DNA of 64,000 bases, taken from an uncultured Candidatus Hydrogenedens sp. GTDB taxonomy: Bacteria > Desulfobacterota_D > UBA1144. Below are positions 21,706-31,334 of the stretch, piece after piece (within the stretch, counting starts at the first letter, position 1; every line of letters starts with the position of its first letter). Below the pieces are notes generated by a model that did not search any database, was not told the origin of the DNA, and saw only the letters and a program-made list of their open reading frames with translations. The translations under genes were made by a program, and so were the position numbers. The stretch spans positions 92,170 through 156,169 of the forward strand of contig CACLTT010000001.1 in assembly GCA_902609885.1 (NCBI GenBank), written 5' to 3'.

Positions 21706-24108
21706 ATGAGTAACCCTGTCTATACTATACCATTATTACCCTTAAGAGATGTCGTAATATTTCCACATATGGTGGCCCCACTCTTTGTAGGAAGAGAGAA
21801 ATCTATTAGAGCCCTTGAAGAGGCTATGAAAACTGATAAAAAGATTTTGCTTTCTGCGCAAAAAGATGCCAAAACTAATGACCCAGGCCCTGAGGATATT
21901 TATTCCACTGGCACTGTTGGAACGATTGTTCAAATGCTTAGACTTCCTGATGGAACTGTTAAAGTTTTAGTAGAAGGAAAGAATAGAGCAAGTCTAAAGA
22001 ACTTCAATGATGAAAATAAGTTCTTTTCAGTTGAGGTTGAAGACTTAGATGAAATTGTTGAAACTGATTCAGAAACTAATGCAATAATGAGAACTCTCAT
22101 CGAATCTTTTGAGGATTATATTAAACTTAATAAAAGAGTACCAAGTGAAACACTTGCAACTATTACAGCGATTGATGATCCAAGTAAGCTTTCCGATACC
22201 GTAGCTTCCCATTTATCATTCAAATTATCTGATAAGCAAGAAATTTTGGAAAATCTTGATTCATCAAAAAGACTTGAAGCAATATATGAGAAAATTCAAT
22301 CTGAACTCGAGATTTTACAAGTTGAAAAGAAAATTCGTAATAGAGTAAAGAAACAAATGGAAAAAGCCCAAAAAGAGTATTATTTAACTGAACAGATGAA
22401 AGCAATTCAAAAAGAATTAGGCGATAAAGATGATTTCAAAAGTGAAATTTTAGAATTTGAAGAGCAACTCAAGAAGAAAGATATCCCTGAGGATATTAAG
22501 ACAAGGATTGAAAAAGAAATTAAAAAGCTAAAAGGAATGTCCTCGATGTCTGCTGAAGCAACTGTTGTAAGAAACTACATAGATTGGCTAGTTTATTTAC
22601 CTTGGAATTCAGATCTTACCGAAGATGAAATATCTATCGATAATGCTCAAAAAGTTTTAGACAATGATCATTTTGGTTTAGAAAAACCTAAAGAGAGAAT
22701 AACTGAATATTTAGCTGTCAGAGCTTTAACTTCAAAGCAAAAAGGCCCCATCTTATGTTTAGTGGGTCCTCCTGGAGTGGGAAAAACTTCTTTAGCTAAA
22801 TCTGTGGCAAATGCCATGGGTAGAAAATTTGTGAGAATTTCACTTGGTGGTGTTAGAGACGAAGCTGAAATTCGTGGACATAGAAGAACATACATAGGTG
22901 CGTTGCCTGGAAAGATTATTCAAGGAATGAAAAAAGCGGGAACTAAAAATCCTGTTTTTCTTTTGGATGAGATTGACAAAATAGGTGCAGATTTTAGGGG
23001 AGATCCTGCATCCGCTCTACTAGAGGCGCTTGATCCTGAGCAAAACTCAACTTTTAATGATCATTATCTTGAAGTTGATTATGATTTATCTCAGGTTCTA
23101 TTTATTACAACTGCAAATGTTTTACATACAATCCCCTGGGCATTACAAGATAGAATGGAAATTATAAAACTTTCAGGTTATACAGAACTTGAGAAGAAAA
23201 AAATTGCAGAAAAATATTTAGTACCAAAACAACTTGAAAACAATGGCTTAACAACCAAAAATGCCTCAATTACTGAAAAAGCCCTAGATTTTTTAATTCA
23301 AAGATATACAAGAGAGGCTGGTGTCAGAACCCTTGAAAGAGAAATTGGCAGTGTTTGTAGAAAAACAGCTAAAGAAGTTGTTAGAAATGGTAAAGATTTT
23401 TCCCAGAAAATTACACCTAAAATAGTTCAAAAATATTTAGGTGTGCCGAAGTTTAAACACGGAGAAATTGAAGATAAAAGTCAAATAGGTATGTCTACAG
23501 GTTTAGCATGGACTGAGGTAGGTGGAGAGCTTTTAAATGTTGAAGTTTCTGTTGTACCTGGAAAAGGCTCTTTTACCGTAACTGGTAAATTGGGAGAAGT
23601 TATGCAAGAATCTACCAAGGCAGCCATGAGCTATGTAAGATCTAGAGCGAAAAGACTTGGACTTGATAGGAATTTTTATCAAAAAATAGATATTCATGTT
23701 CATGTCCCCGAAGGAGCTCAACCTAAAGATGGACCTTCTGCTGGAATAGCTATATCTACAGCAATTATATCAGCACTAGTTCAAAAAGAGGTCAAAAAGG
23801 ATGTGGCTATGACTGGCGAAATTACTTTAAGAGGAAGAATTCTTCCTATTGGTGGCCTTAAAGAAAAGATTTTAGCCGCCCATAGGGGTGGAGTTAATAC
23901 CGTTCTAATTCCAGATGAAAACGAAAAAGACTTAAACGATATACCAAAAGAAATTAAAAAAGATATTGATATAGTTAGCGTTAAACATATGGATGAGGTA
24001 ATATCTCATGCAATCAAATCAAAGGATGAGATTTTAAAGGATCTTGTACTCCCTGATATGCCCGTGGATGTAGATATTGATGACGAAAAGCCACTAAACT
24101 TGTCTTGA
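21706..24108 (+). CDS. lon: Lon protease
   Basis: LPLRD N-domain, [17 protein letters not shown] catalytic Ser, GGLKEK. Confidence 0.98.
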   Translation: MSNPVYTIPLLPLRDVVIFPHMVAPLFVGREKSIRALEEAMKTDKKILLSAQKDAKTNDPGPEDIYSTGTVGTIVQMLRLPDGTVKVLVEGKNRASLKNFNDENKFFSVEVEDLDEIVETDSETNAIMRTLIESFEDYIKLNKRVPSETLATITAIDDPSKLSDTVASHLSFKLSDKQEILENLDSSKRLEAIYEKIQSELEILQVEKKIRNRVKKQMEKAQKEYYLTEQMKAIQKELGDKDDFKSEILEFEEQLKKKDIPEDIKTRIEKEIKKLKGMSSMSAEATVVRNYIDWLVYLPWNSDLTEDEISIDNAQKVLDNDHFGLEKPKERITEYLAVRALTSKQKGPILCLVGPPGVGKTSLAKSVANAMGRKFVRISLGGVRDEAEIRGHRRTYIGALPGKIIQGMKKAGTKNPVFLLDEIDKIGADFRGDPASALLEALDPEQNSTFNDHYLEVDYDLSQVLFITTANVLHTIPWALQDRMEIIKLSGYTELEKKKIAEKYLVPKQLENNGLTTKNASITEKALDFLIQRYTREAGVRTLEREIGSVCRKTAKEVVRNGKDFSQKITPKIVQKYLGVPKFKHGEIEDKSQIGMSTGLAWTEVGGELLNVEVSVVPGKGSFTVTGKLGEVMQESTKAAMSYVRSRAKRLGLDRNFYQKIDIHVHVPEGAQPKDGPSAGIAISTAIISALVQKEVKKDVAMTGEITLRGRILPIGGLKEKILAAHRGGVNTVLIPDENEKDLNDIPKEIKKDIDIVSVKHMDEVISHAIKSKDEILKDLVLPDMPVDVDIDDEKPLNLS

Positions 24109-24132
24109 CATTTATCTCTCCCGAGATAGTAT
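24105..24132 (+). promoter_or_regulatory. Putative sigma70 promoter for tRNA-Val/tRNA-Asp
   Basis: TTGACA (24105-24110, contains the lon TGA stop), 16-nt spacer, TAGTAT (24127-24132), 12 nt before the tRNA. Confidence 0.6.
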
Positions 24133-24144
24133 AGAAATCTTATC

Positions 24145-24216
24145 GGGCGCTTAGCTCAGCGGGAGAGCGCTTCCCTTACAAGGAAGATGTCACAGGTTCA
24201 AATCCTGTAGCGCCCA
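24145..24216 (+). tRNA. tRNA-Val(TAC)
   Basis: GGGCGCT/AGCGCCC acceptor stem, anticodon arm CTTCC-CTTACAA-GGAAG, GGTTCAAATC. Confidence 0.96.
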
Positions 24217-24226
24217 TTTATATAAT

Positions 24227-24300
24227 GGGGTCGTAGTTCAGCTGGTTAGAATGCCGGCCTGTCACGCCGGAGGTCGCGGGTTCGAATCCCGTCGGCCCCG
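24227..24300 (+). tRNA. tRNA-Asp(GTC)
   Basis: GGGGTCG/CGGCCCC acceptor stem, anticodon arm CCGGC-CTGTCAC-GCCGG, GGTTCGAATC. Confidence 0.96.
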
Positions 24301-24316
24301 TTAAGGATTTTAAAAT

Positions 24317-25753
24317 TTGTCGGATTCAATAAATGTTCCAAATCACATATCGCGGGAATCATTCAATTACCAAATATCTGTATTAAAAAATGAAATTCCT
24401 ATCAAGAAGCTAGAAATAATAAGACCTTGTAACATTAATGATGGGATATTAGAAGTCGGTTCATTCTATAAAAGTTTATCTAAATATAATAAAAACTACT
24501 TTGAAGATGGGTCGTCTTTTATTCCAGCTTCTGGTTCTGCAACAAGAATGTTTAATCTTGATAAAAAAGAGATAGAGATACTAGAAAATATTAAAAAATT
24601 ACCTTTCTTTAATCATATTATTGAAGATTTTAATAAAAATAAGAAGATGTTGGATGAATTCAAACATAAAAATGATCTTATTAAACTAAATCACTTATTG
24701 TCTAATCTATTTGAAAAATTTAGTAAAAAACCCAAAGCTTTAATACCTTTTCACCAAATAGATAAATATGAAATTTCACCTCTAGAAGAAATTATTTTAT
24801 ATAATGAAAAAATTTCCAAAAAAAGAAAGATATATTTTACTGTGCAGGATGAGCACCAAGAGGAAATAAATTATAAAATTATTAATTCGCGAATATTGAA
24901 AAAAAATAACATATCAATGGAAAACAAAGTTTTTTTTACGCTACAAGAAAAATCTACAAATAGTATTTGTATTAAATCAAATGGCCATTTGCTCAAGGAT
25001 AATAAGGGCAATATTCATACTCAGCCTTCTGGCCATGGTGCTTTAATTGATAATATTAATGATATCAATGAAAGTGTATTTTATATTCACAACATAGATA
25101 ATATAACGCCAAAAAATATCAAGAAGAGACTTTTAAATCATAATAGAATGTGTGCAATTCTTAAATATATTCATGAAAATATAAAAATTATACTTCTAGA
25201 TTGTATTGAAAATAATATAAAACCCATTCAGGAAAACAATTTCTATAATGAATTTATCAAAAAAAATTTATCACATTTATATATAGAAAATATCGATATT
25301 GGAAAAATAGAAAATCTATATACCCTTTTACACAGACCAATAAGAGTTTGTGGAGTTGTTGAGGATAGCGGAGCAAAGGGAGGTAAACCCTTTTGGGTTA
25401 AGGATGGTGATAGCTTGTCATTGCAATTAGTTGAAGAGTCACAAGTGCCATTAGATGATCCCGAAATTTTAAAAATATGGAATTCCTCAATATATTTCAA
25501 CCCTGTAGAAATGGTTTGTCTGAACAAAGATATACACAATAATAAATTTGATTTAAATAAATATAAAAATGAAACACTCAACATGATTGTGAATAAAAGA
25601 ATTTTTGATCATGAGGTTAAGTTTATAGAGAAAGCTGGTCTCTGGAATGGAGGAATGCACCACTGGATAACAATCTTTGTTAAAATTGATAAAGAACTTT
25701 TTACACCTGTTAAGAATATTTCTGATTTATTTTTAGAGATTCATCAGCCATAA
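24317..25753 (+). CDS. DUF4301 family protein (nucleotidyltransferase-like fold)
   Basis: FIPASGSATRMF, KPKALIPFH, PSGHGALI, NIDN, RPIRVCG, GGKPFWV, FNPV, GLWNGGM match my recollection of DUF4301 motifs; TTG start after AAGGA. Confidence 0.8.
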   Translation: MSDSINVPNHISRESFNYQISVLKNEIPIKKLEIIRPCNINDGILEVGSFYKSLSKYNKNYFEDGSSFIPASGSATRMFNLDKKEIEILENIKKLPFFNHIIEDFNKNKKMLDEFKHKNDLIKLNHLLSNLFEKFSKKPKALIPFHQIDKYEISPLEEIILYNEKISKKRKIYFTVQDEHQEEINYKIINSRILKKNNISMENKVFFTLQEKSTNSICIKSNGHLLKDNKGNIHTQPSGHGALIDNINDINESVFYIHNIDNITPKNIKKRLLNHNRMCAILKYIHENIKIILLDCIENNIKPIQENNFYNEFIKKNLSHLYIENIDIGKIENLYTLLHRPIRVCGVVEDSGAKGGKPFWVKDGDSLSLQLVEESQVPLDDPEILKIWNSSIYFNPVEMVCLNKDIHNNKFDLNKYKNETLNMIVNKRIFDHEVKFIEKAGLWNGGMHHWITIFVKIDKELFTPVKNISDLFLEIHQP

Positions 25754-25772
25754 TTAAATATAATTTTTTATA

Positions 25773-25862
<90 letters not shown>

Positions 25863-25866
25863 ATAT

Positions 25867-25941
25867 GCGCCTGTAGCTCAGTTGGATTAGAGTGCCAGAT
25901 TACGGCTCTGGAAGTCGAGGGTTCGAGTCCTTCCAGGCGCG
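25867..25941 (+). tRNA. tRNA-Arg(ACG)
   Basis: GCGCCTG/CAGGCGC acceptor stem, anticodon arm CCAGA-TTACGGC-TCTGG, GGTTCGAGTC. Confidence 0.94.
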
Positions 25942-26604
25942 TTCTTTTTCAATATTTTTTAATATTAAATTCGAATTTTTAATAGAATTTTTTATCCATT
26001 CATTTCTCAGTTCTGCTTTCTCACTGTTCTGTAGAAAAATTGATTTTTTTGATTCCCTGATTTTAAACATTATATTGCTCAAAATAATTGCACATGAAAC
26101 AGAAATATTATAACTTTGAGCAAAACCATACATTGGTATGGAAATAATGTGATCACAATAAGTCATAAAATCTTTTGATAAACCTTTTTCTTCATTTCCA
26201 AATGCAAATATCAATTTATTATCTAATCTTAAATCAGGCAGGTTACAAGTTTTACTATTTTTTACTGTTGATGTTCCAACTATCTTGTATCCATTTTTTT
26301 TAATTCTATTTATATAATTTTCTAATTTTTCATCTTTATTTTTTGATTTGATACTGATCCACTTCTCTGCTCCAAGAGATACATTTTTACCAGAATTTTT
26401 AATTTTTTCTGAATTTATTGTATAAATATCTTGTATACCAAGATTGTCACATGTTCTTATTACAGCACTCAAATTATGTGATTGATAAATATTTTCTAAT
26501 AATACTGATATATGCCTCGTCCGCTTTGATAAAACCTTGTCAATTTTTTCTTGCCTGTTTTTGGATATTAATTTTTCTATTAACTGGTAATAAATTTTAT
26601 TCAT
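25900..26604 (-). CDS. trmH: SpoU/TrmH family tRNA/rRNA 2'-O-methyltransferase
   Basis: LENIYQSHNLSAVIRTCD, FGNEEKGLS, IPMYGFAQSYNISVS SPOUT motifs; the 3' end overlaps tRNA-Arg antisense. Confidence 0.85.
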   Translation of the reverse strand: MNKIYYQLIEKLISKNRQEKIDKVLSKRTRHISVLLENIYQSHNLSAVIRTCDNLGIQDIYTINSEKIKNSGKNVSLGAEKWISIKSKNKDEKLENYINRIKKNGYKIVGTSTVKNSKTCNLPDLRLDNKLIFAFGNEEKGLSKDFMTYCDHIISIPMYGFAQSYNISVSCAIILSNIMFKIRESKKSIFLQNSEKAELRNEWIKNSIKNSNLILKNIEKERAWKDSNPRLPEP

Positions 26605-26652
26605 TTTATTTTCCAAATATGAATCCTAGGATATCATATTAATTAATAAAAA

Positions 26653-27660
26653 ATGAAAAAAAAAGATATTTTAGTAACTGGTGATAGGCCAACAGGTAAT
26701 CTTCATTTAGGACATTATGTTGGTACTTTAGAAAATAGAATAAAGCTACAGAATCAATTTGATTGCTTTTTTTTGATTGCTGATTTACATATGCTTACAA
26801 CTCATAATGAGAAAGTCGACGAATTGAGATTAAATATTGAATCATTGGTGATTGATTGGATCTCAGTTGGATTAAATCCTAATAATTCATGTTTTTATCT
26901 TCAATCTTTAGTACCTGAAATTAATGAGCTAACACTACTTTTATCAATGATATGCTCTGTGCCTAGGGTTCAAAGAATCCCAACATTAAAAGAAAAAACA
27001 TCCCAACTGGGCGATAATGAAAACTATTCTGTAGGATTATTATCATATCCAATTTTAATGTCAGCAGATATTTTGATATTTAATGCAAATAAAGTTCCTG
27101 TCGGTGAAGATCAACTCTCCCATGTTGAACTTGCAAGGGAATTATCAAGAAGATTCAATTCACTTTACGGTTATACGATTACAGAGCCTGAGCCATTAAT
27201 AAGTAAATTTTCAAGGCTTGTTGGAATAGATGGTAAGAGCAAGATGAGCAAATCATTAAATAATTGTATCTACTTAATTGATAATCAAGAGGAGGTAAAC
27301 AAAAAGGTTATGAAAATGTTTACTGACCCGAATAGAACAAGTCCTGATATACCAGGTAAAGTTGAAGGAAACCCTGTATTTATATATCATGATATTTTTA
27401 ATCAGAATAAAGCTGAGGTTGATGAATTTAAGGAAAGGTATAAAAAAGGTAAGATTGGAGATGTAGAGATTAAAAAATCTTTAGCCAAAAACATAAATCT
27501 TTTTCTAGAACCTATTAGAGAAAGAAGATCGCAACTTAAGAAGAATAGAAGTGAAATCTTTGATATAATAATAGATGGTTCAACAAGAGCCAGAAAATTA
27601 GCAAAAGAAAATATAGATAGAATTAAAGATTCTATGAAAATTAGTTTTAAGGAGATTTAA
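26653..27660 (+). CDS. trpS: Tryptophanyl-tRNA synthetase
   Basis: TGDRPTGNLHLGH, YPILMSADI, VPVGEDQ, KMSKS. Confidence 0.97.
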   Translation: MKKKDILVTGDRPTGNLHLGHYVGTLENRIKLQNQFDCFFLIADLHMLTTHNEKVDELRLNIESLVIDWISVGLNPNNSCFYLQSLVPEINELTLLLSMICSVPRVQRIPTLKEKTSQLGDNENYSVGLLSYPILMSADILIFNANKVPVGEDQLSHVELARELSRRFNSLYGYTITEPEPLISKFSRLVGIDGKSKMSKSLNNCIYLIDNQEEVNKKVMKMFTDPNRTSPDIPGKVEGNPVFIYHDIFNQNKAEVDEFKERYKKGKIGDVEIKKSLAKNINLFLEPIRERRSQLKKNRSEIFDIIIDGSTRARKLAKENIDRIKDSMKISFKEI

Positions 27661-28893
27661 ATGTCAAAAGAATCATATTCAGATCCGTTACCAGTAGGTG
27701 TTATTCCTGATCTAGATTATACGCCAAAACAAATGCGTGCCTGGGTTATTCGAAAGGAGAGGCATGGCGAACCAACCAAGTCATTTCAAGAAGAAATAAT
27801 GCCAGTGCCTGAATGTGGCCCAAATGATGTATTAGTTCTTGTTGTTGCAACAGGAATTAACTTCAATGGAGTGTGGGCTGGGCTTGGAGAGCCAATATCT
27901 GTATTAGATGTCCATAAGGGTGATTTTCATATTGCAGGAAGCGATTGCTCAGGGATTGTATGGGATGTTGGTTCTAATGTTAAAAGTTGGAAAAAGGGTG
28001 ATGAGGTTATTATTCATTGCGGTGTTGAAAGTGAAGAGCCGCATTCAAATATGACGCAAAGTAATGCTGACTTTATTAGTTATGACCCAATGGTAAGTAA
28101 ACAAGCTCAAATATGGGGCTATGAGACCCCAAATGGATGTTTTGCTCAATTTACTAGGGTTCAAGTACAGCAAATATTGAAAAAACCTAAGCACTTGTCA
28201 TGGGAAGATGCTGCATCTTATGCACTATGCTATTTTACTGCATATAGAATGTTGATTACAAAAGCAAATATACAACCCGGTGAAGTTGTTCTTGTTTGGG
28301 GAGCTGCAGGTGGTCTAGGTGTTTTTGCTTTACAAATTTGTAAAATGATGGGTGCTAAAGCAATTGCTGTTGTATCATCAAATGATAAATTCAAAATGTG
28401 CGAAGAGCTTGGAGCAGTCGGTGTAATAAATAGGAAAGATTTTCCTAACTTACCATATAAGAAAAATGAGACAGAAGAAGAGTCTAAGTTGAGATTCAAA
28501 GAAATGAAGAATTTTGGAAAAAAGATATGGGAAATTTTGGGAGAAAGAAAAAGTCCTAATGTTATTTTTGAACATCCTGGAGAAACAACTTTCCCTACAA
28601 GTGTATTTGTATGTGAAAGATTTGGAAGAGTTGTTATATGTGCAGGAACTACTGGTTACGATTGTATGTTTGATGTCAGATATCTTTGGATGTTACAAAA
28701 AGATGTAATCGGATCACATTTTGCAAATGCATTAGAATGTGTTCGCGCAAATGAGCTTGTTCATCAAGGACTAATCAATCCAGTTGTATCTGAAATATTT
28801 AATTATGATGAAATACCTAAAGCACATCAGCTAATGTATGAAAATAAACACTCAGGCAAGATGGTTTGTATGGTTCAAGGAACTAAATCTTAA
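27661..28893 (+). CDS. ccr: Crotonyl-CoA carboxylase/reductase (enoyl-CoA carboxylase/reductase family)
   Basis: GINFNGVWA, HIAGSDCSG, IWGYETP, FAQF, VFEHPG-like IFEHPG, CAGTTGY, GSHFAN. Confidence 0.88.
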   Translation: MSKESYSDPLPVGVIPDLDYTPKQMRAWVIRKERHGEPTKSFQEEIMPVPECGPNDVLVLVVATGINFNGVWAGLGEPISVLDVHKGDFHIAGSDCSGIVWDVGSNVKSWKKGDEVIIHCGVESEEPHSNMTQSNADFISYDPMVSKQAQIWGYETPNGCFAQFTRVQVQQILKKPKHLSWEDAASYALCYFTAYRMLITKANIQPGEVVLVWGAAGGLGVFALQICKMMGAKAIAVVSSNDKFKMCEELGAVGVINRKDFPNLPYKKNETEEESKLRFKEMKNFGKKIWEILGERKSPNVIFEHPGETTFPTSVFVCERFGRVVICAGTTGYDCMFDVRYLWMLQKDVIGSHFANALECVRANELVHQGLINPVVSEIFNYDEIPKAHQLMYENKHSGKMVCMVQGTKS

Positions 28894-29668
28894 GATTTTC
28901 ATATATATAATTAGGTTTAAAAATAAAATTTTTAATTGTACTTTTATTTGTTTTTCCTGAAAGTATAAGAGCTGAATCAAGACCATTTCTTTTTGCGCCT
29001 TGTATATCTGTGACTAAATTATCTCCTAAAGTAATGGTTTCATACCTATTAGTTCCAAGTTTTTCCAAAGCTAATGAAAAAATCGATTTTGATGGTTTAC
29101 CGAGATTTATAACTTTAGTATTATAAGTTTTAAGGATTGCAGCAATTATAGATCCTGTCGCAGGTACATTTCCCATTTTAGTGGGGTAAGAATTATCTGT
29201 ACTTGTAGCAAACAGTTTTGAACCATTCTGGACACATAGTGAAGCATACATTAAATCTTTATATGAAAAATTTATATTGCCTGAAACAATAATACTTTCT
29301 GCCTTTTTATAATCCTCATATTTTTCTAATATATTTATATCTGATTTGATAAGATAATTTTTTAGTTTAGTACTAGAAAAAACCATAATATTTTTATTTT
29401 TAATCTTTCCTATCTTAATCAGATTAATAAAATTGTTTATTGGGTTGATAACTTGATCTTTTTTACATTCAATATTTTCAGAACTCAGAATCCTACTATA
29501 TTCGTCTGGTGATAAGCTTGAATCATTTGTTAAAAAAACATAATCTTTATTCAACTTTAATAATTTACTAATAAATCTCTTAGAATAGGGGAGTGGTTTT
29601 TTGTCTAGATAGATAACTCCATCTAAATCAATAATAAAACCCTTATATTTTTCTAAGATTTTTTTCAT
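28883..29668 (-). CDS. HAD-IIA family hydrolase (NagD-like phosphatase)
   Basis: DLDGV, LTN, GKPS, GDNLVTDI; the ATG overlaps the upstream TGA (ATGA). Confidence 0.88.
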   Translation of the reverse strand: MKKILEKYKGFIIDLDGVIYLDKKPLPYSKRFISKLLKLNKDYVFLTNDSSLSPDEYSRILSSENIECKKDQVINPINNFINLIKIGKIKNKNIMVFSSTKLKNYLIKSDINILEKYEDYKKAESIIVSGNINFSYKDLMYASLCVQNGSKLFATSTDNSYPTKMGNVPATGSIIAAILKTYNTKVINLGKPSKSIFSLALEKLGTNRYETITLGDNLVTDIQGAKRNGLDSALILSGKTNKSTIKNFIFKPNYIYENLKI

Positions 29669-29988
29669 CCCCAAATTTCTTTAGCAAGTTTTTGATCTCT
29701 TACTCTTGTAGATTCTTTTGAAGTAATTTTTATTATTTTTTGCTCAGGTTCTTCTGCTATTAGTATTTCAAGCAAATCTAAAACTTGTAGTGAGGCTTTT
29801 TTAAATCCCTCATAATAATCAGTCGATTCACCTGAGGCTTTTGCAGTTTTATTATCAAGAAATAGCGCAATTGCTGCATGGTCTTTATTGATATTATTAT
29901 CAATTTCAATTTTCCAATCTGCATAGTCTCCGATTAGATAAACTTTACTCCATTCAGCTAATATTTCATCAAAATTAAGGTTTCCCAT
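29665..29988 (-). CDS. Hypothetical protein, 107 aa
   Basis: Intact ORF overlapping both neighbours (TAATG upstream, ATGA downstream); no motif recognised. Confidence 0.75.
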   Translation of the reverse strand: MGNLNFDEILAEWSKVYLIGDYADWKIEIDNNINKDHAAIALFLDNKTAKASGESTDYYEGFKKASLQVLDLLEILIAEEPEQKIIKITSKESTRVRDQKLAKEIWG

Positions 29989-30383
29989 TATATATTTAAA
30001 TCTCCAGCAACTATTATATTATCTTTACAAGAATTAACAATTATTTTAACTGCTTCTTGAAAATTATCATTAATTTCAATTGTTGATGCTTTTAGTAACA
30101 TTGGTAGGTTGATTCCAGATATAATTTCTACAAACCCTTTTTTATAATAAGGAAGACTTATATTGGAGGGTGTTCCTCCAAACATATCAGTAAAAATTAT
30201 ATTATGCTCGGATTCAATTAAACTATTAGAGATTCTATTTGAGTAGGTTTCAAATTCCCTTGAATTTTCATCAATAGATATTGTATAAATTTTTCTATTT
30301 ATTGCCTTATCTAGTATAAATTCAACAGAGGATTTTAGTTCAATACATAAGTTTCCATGGGTGATAATAAGTATATTGAACAT
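29988..30383 (-). CDS. PTS EIIA component, mannose/fructose (ManX-like) type
   Basis: IITHG phospho-His, TDMFGGTPSN, GINLPML. Confidence 0.9.
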   Translation of the reverse strand: MFNILIITHGNLCIELKSSVEFILDKAINRKIYTISIDENSREFETYSNRISNSLIESEHNIIFTDMFGGTPSNISLPYYKKGFVEIISGINLPMLLKASTIEINDNFQEAVKIIVNSCKDNIIVAGDLNI

Positions 30384-30412
30384 TCATGAATTTTAATCAT
30401 ATATTTGATAAT

Positions 30413-30889
30413 TTACAATTTACCTTCAGAATTTAGTTTTTTTACTGCTATTTCAATTAGAGTCGAGATATTTCTACCAGGACTGACAGGTATTTCTATA
30501 TTGGGAATTTTTATTCCCAAAATTTCCTCCTCTTTCGTATCATAGCCCAACCTTTCATATTTATTTTCTTTATTAAATTCAATCAGATCAACAATTAAAT
30601 TTATTGAGGATTCATCTAGGATTGATGAATATCCAAATATATTCTTAACATTTATGATTCCTATCCCTCTGATTTCAATTAGGTTTTTTATATTTTCTGG
30701 AGCGTAGCCTAAAATTTTATTTTTTCTATTATCTACTAAAACTAAATCATCAGCAACGAGTTGTGCTCCTTTATTTAAAAGTTCCGCTGCACACTCGCTT
30801 TTACCTATTCCGCTTTTACCCCTTATAAGTATTCCAAAACCGCTAATATTGAGTAAAACTCCATGAATACTATATTTGTTTATTTTCAT
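30413..30889 (-). CDS. hprK: HPr kinase/phosphorylase, catalytic domain only
   Basis: HGVLL, GKSGIGKSE Walker A, LVADD, EIRGIGII, PVSPGRN; only 158 aa. Confidence 0.9.
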   Translation of the reverse strand: MKINKYSIHGVLLNISGFGILIRGKSGIGKSECAAELLNKGAQLVADDLVLVDNRKNKILGYAPENIKNLIEIRGIGIINVKNIFGYSSILDESSINLIVDLIEFNKENKYERLGYDTKEEEILGIKIPNIEIPVSPGRNISTLIEIAVKKLNSEGKL

Positions 30890-31334
30890 AGTTTTTAATT
30901 ATATTAAATATATCAAAAGAATCATTTGAATCTATTACTTTTGAGATAAGTTCTTTTATAGAAAATAGATTAGCAATATTCTTTAATACCAGTAAATGGT
31001 TTTTAGTATCAGACTCAGGATGAAGCAACATAATGATAATTTTTGTTTTTTGACCATCTACTGATCCAAAATTTATACCGTTTTTGCATATGGCCAAAGT
31101 ACAGTAACTCTTTGTTAGACCGGGAATTTTAGCATGTGGTATTGCAATATAATTATCTAATGCTGTACTACATAATTGCTCTCTTTCAAAAATTAGTTTT
31201 TGCGTTAATTCATAATTTAGCGATTTATCAAAACTACAAATATTTTTTATAATTTCATTTAGACATAAGCTTTTCTGATCGGATTTTATGTTATTAAATA
31301 TTAAACCAGGTGTAAGAATATCAGATAATTTCAT
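30870..31334 (-). CDS. ptsN: PTS EIIA-Ntr
   Basis: REQLCSTA...IAIPHAK phospho-His, FGSVDG; directly after rpoN. Confidence 0.88.
   Translation of the reverse strand: MKLSDILTPGLIFNNIKSDQKSLCLNEIIKNICSFDKSLNYELTQKLIFEREQLCSTALDNYIAIPHAKIPGLTKSYCTLAICKNGINFGSVDGQKTKIIIMLLHPESDTKNHLLVLKNIANLFSIKELISKVIDSNDSFDIFNIIKNYENKQI

Noticed and set aside
25892-26113. 73-aa plus-strand ORF starting inside tRNA-Arg
   Set aside because: Derived from tRNA sequence plus trmH antisense; no coding evidence.
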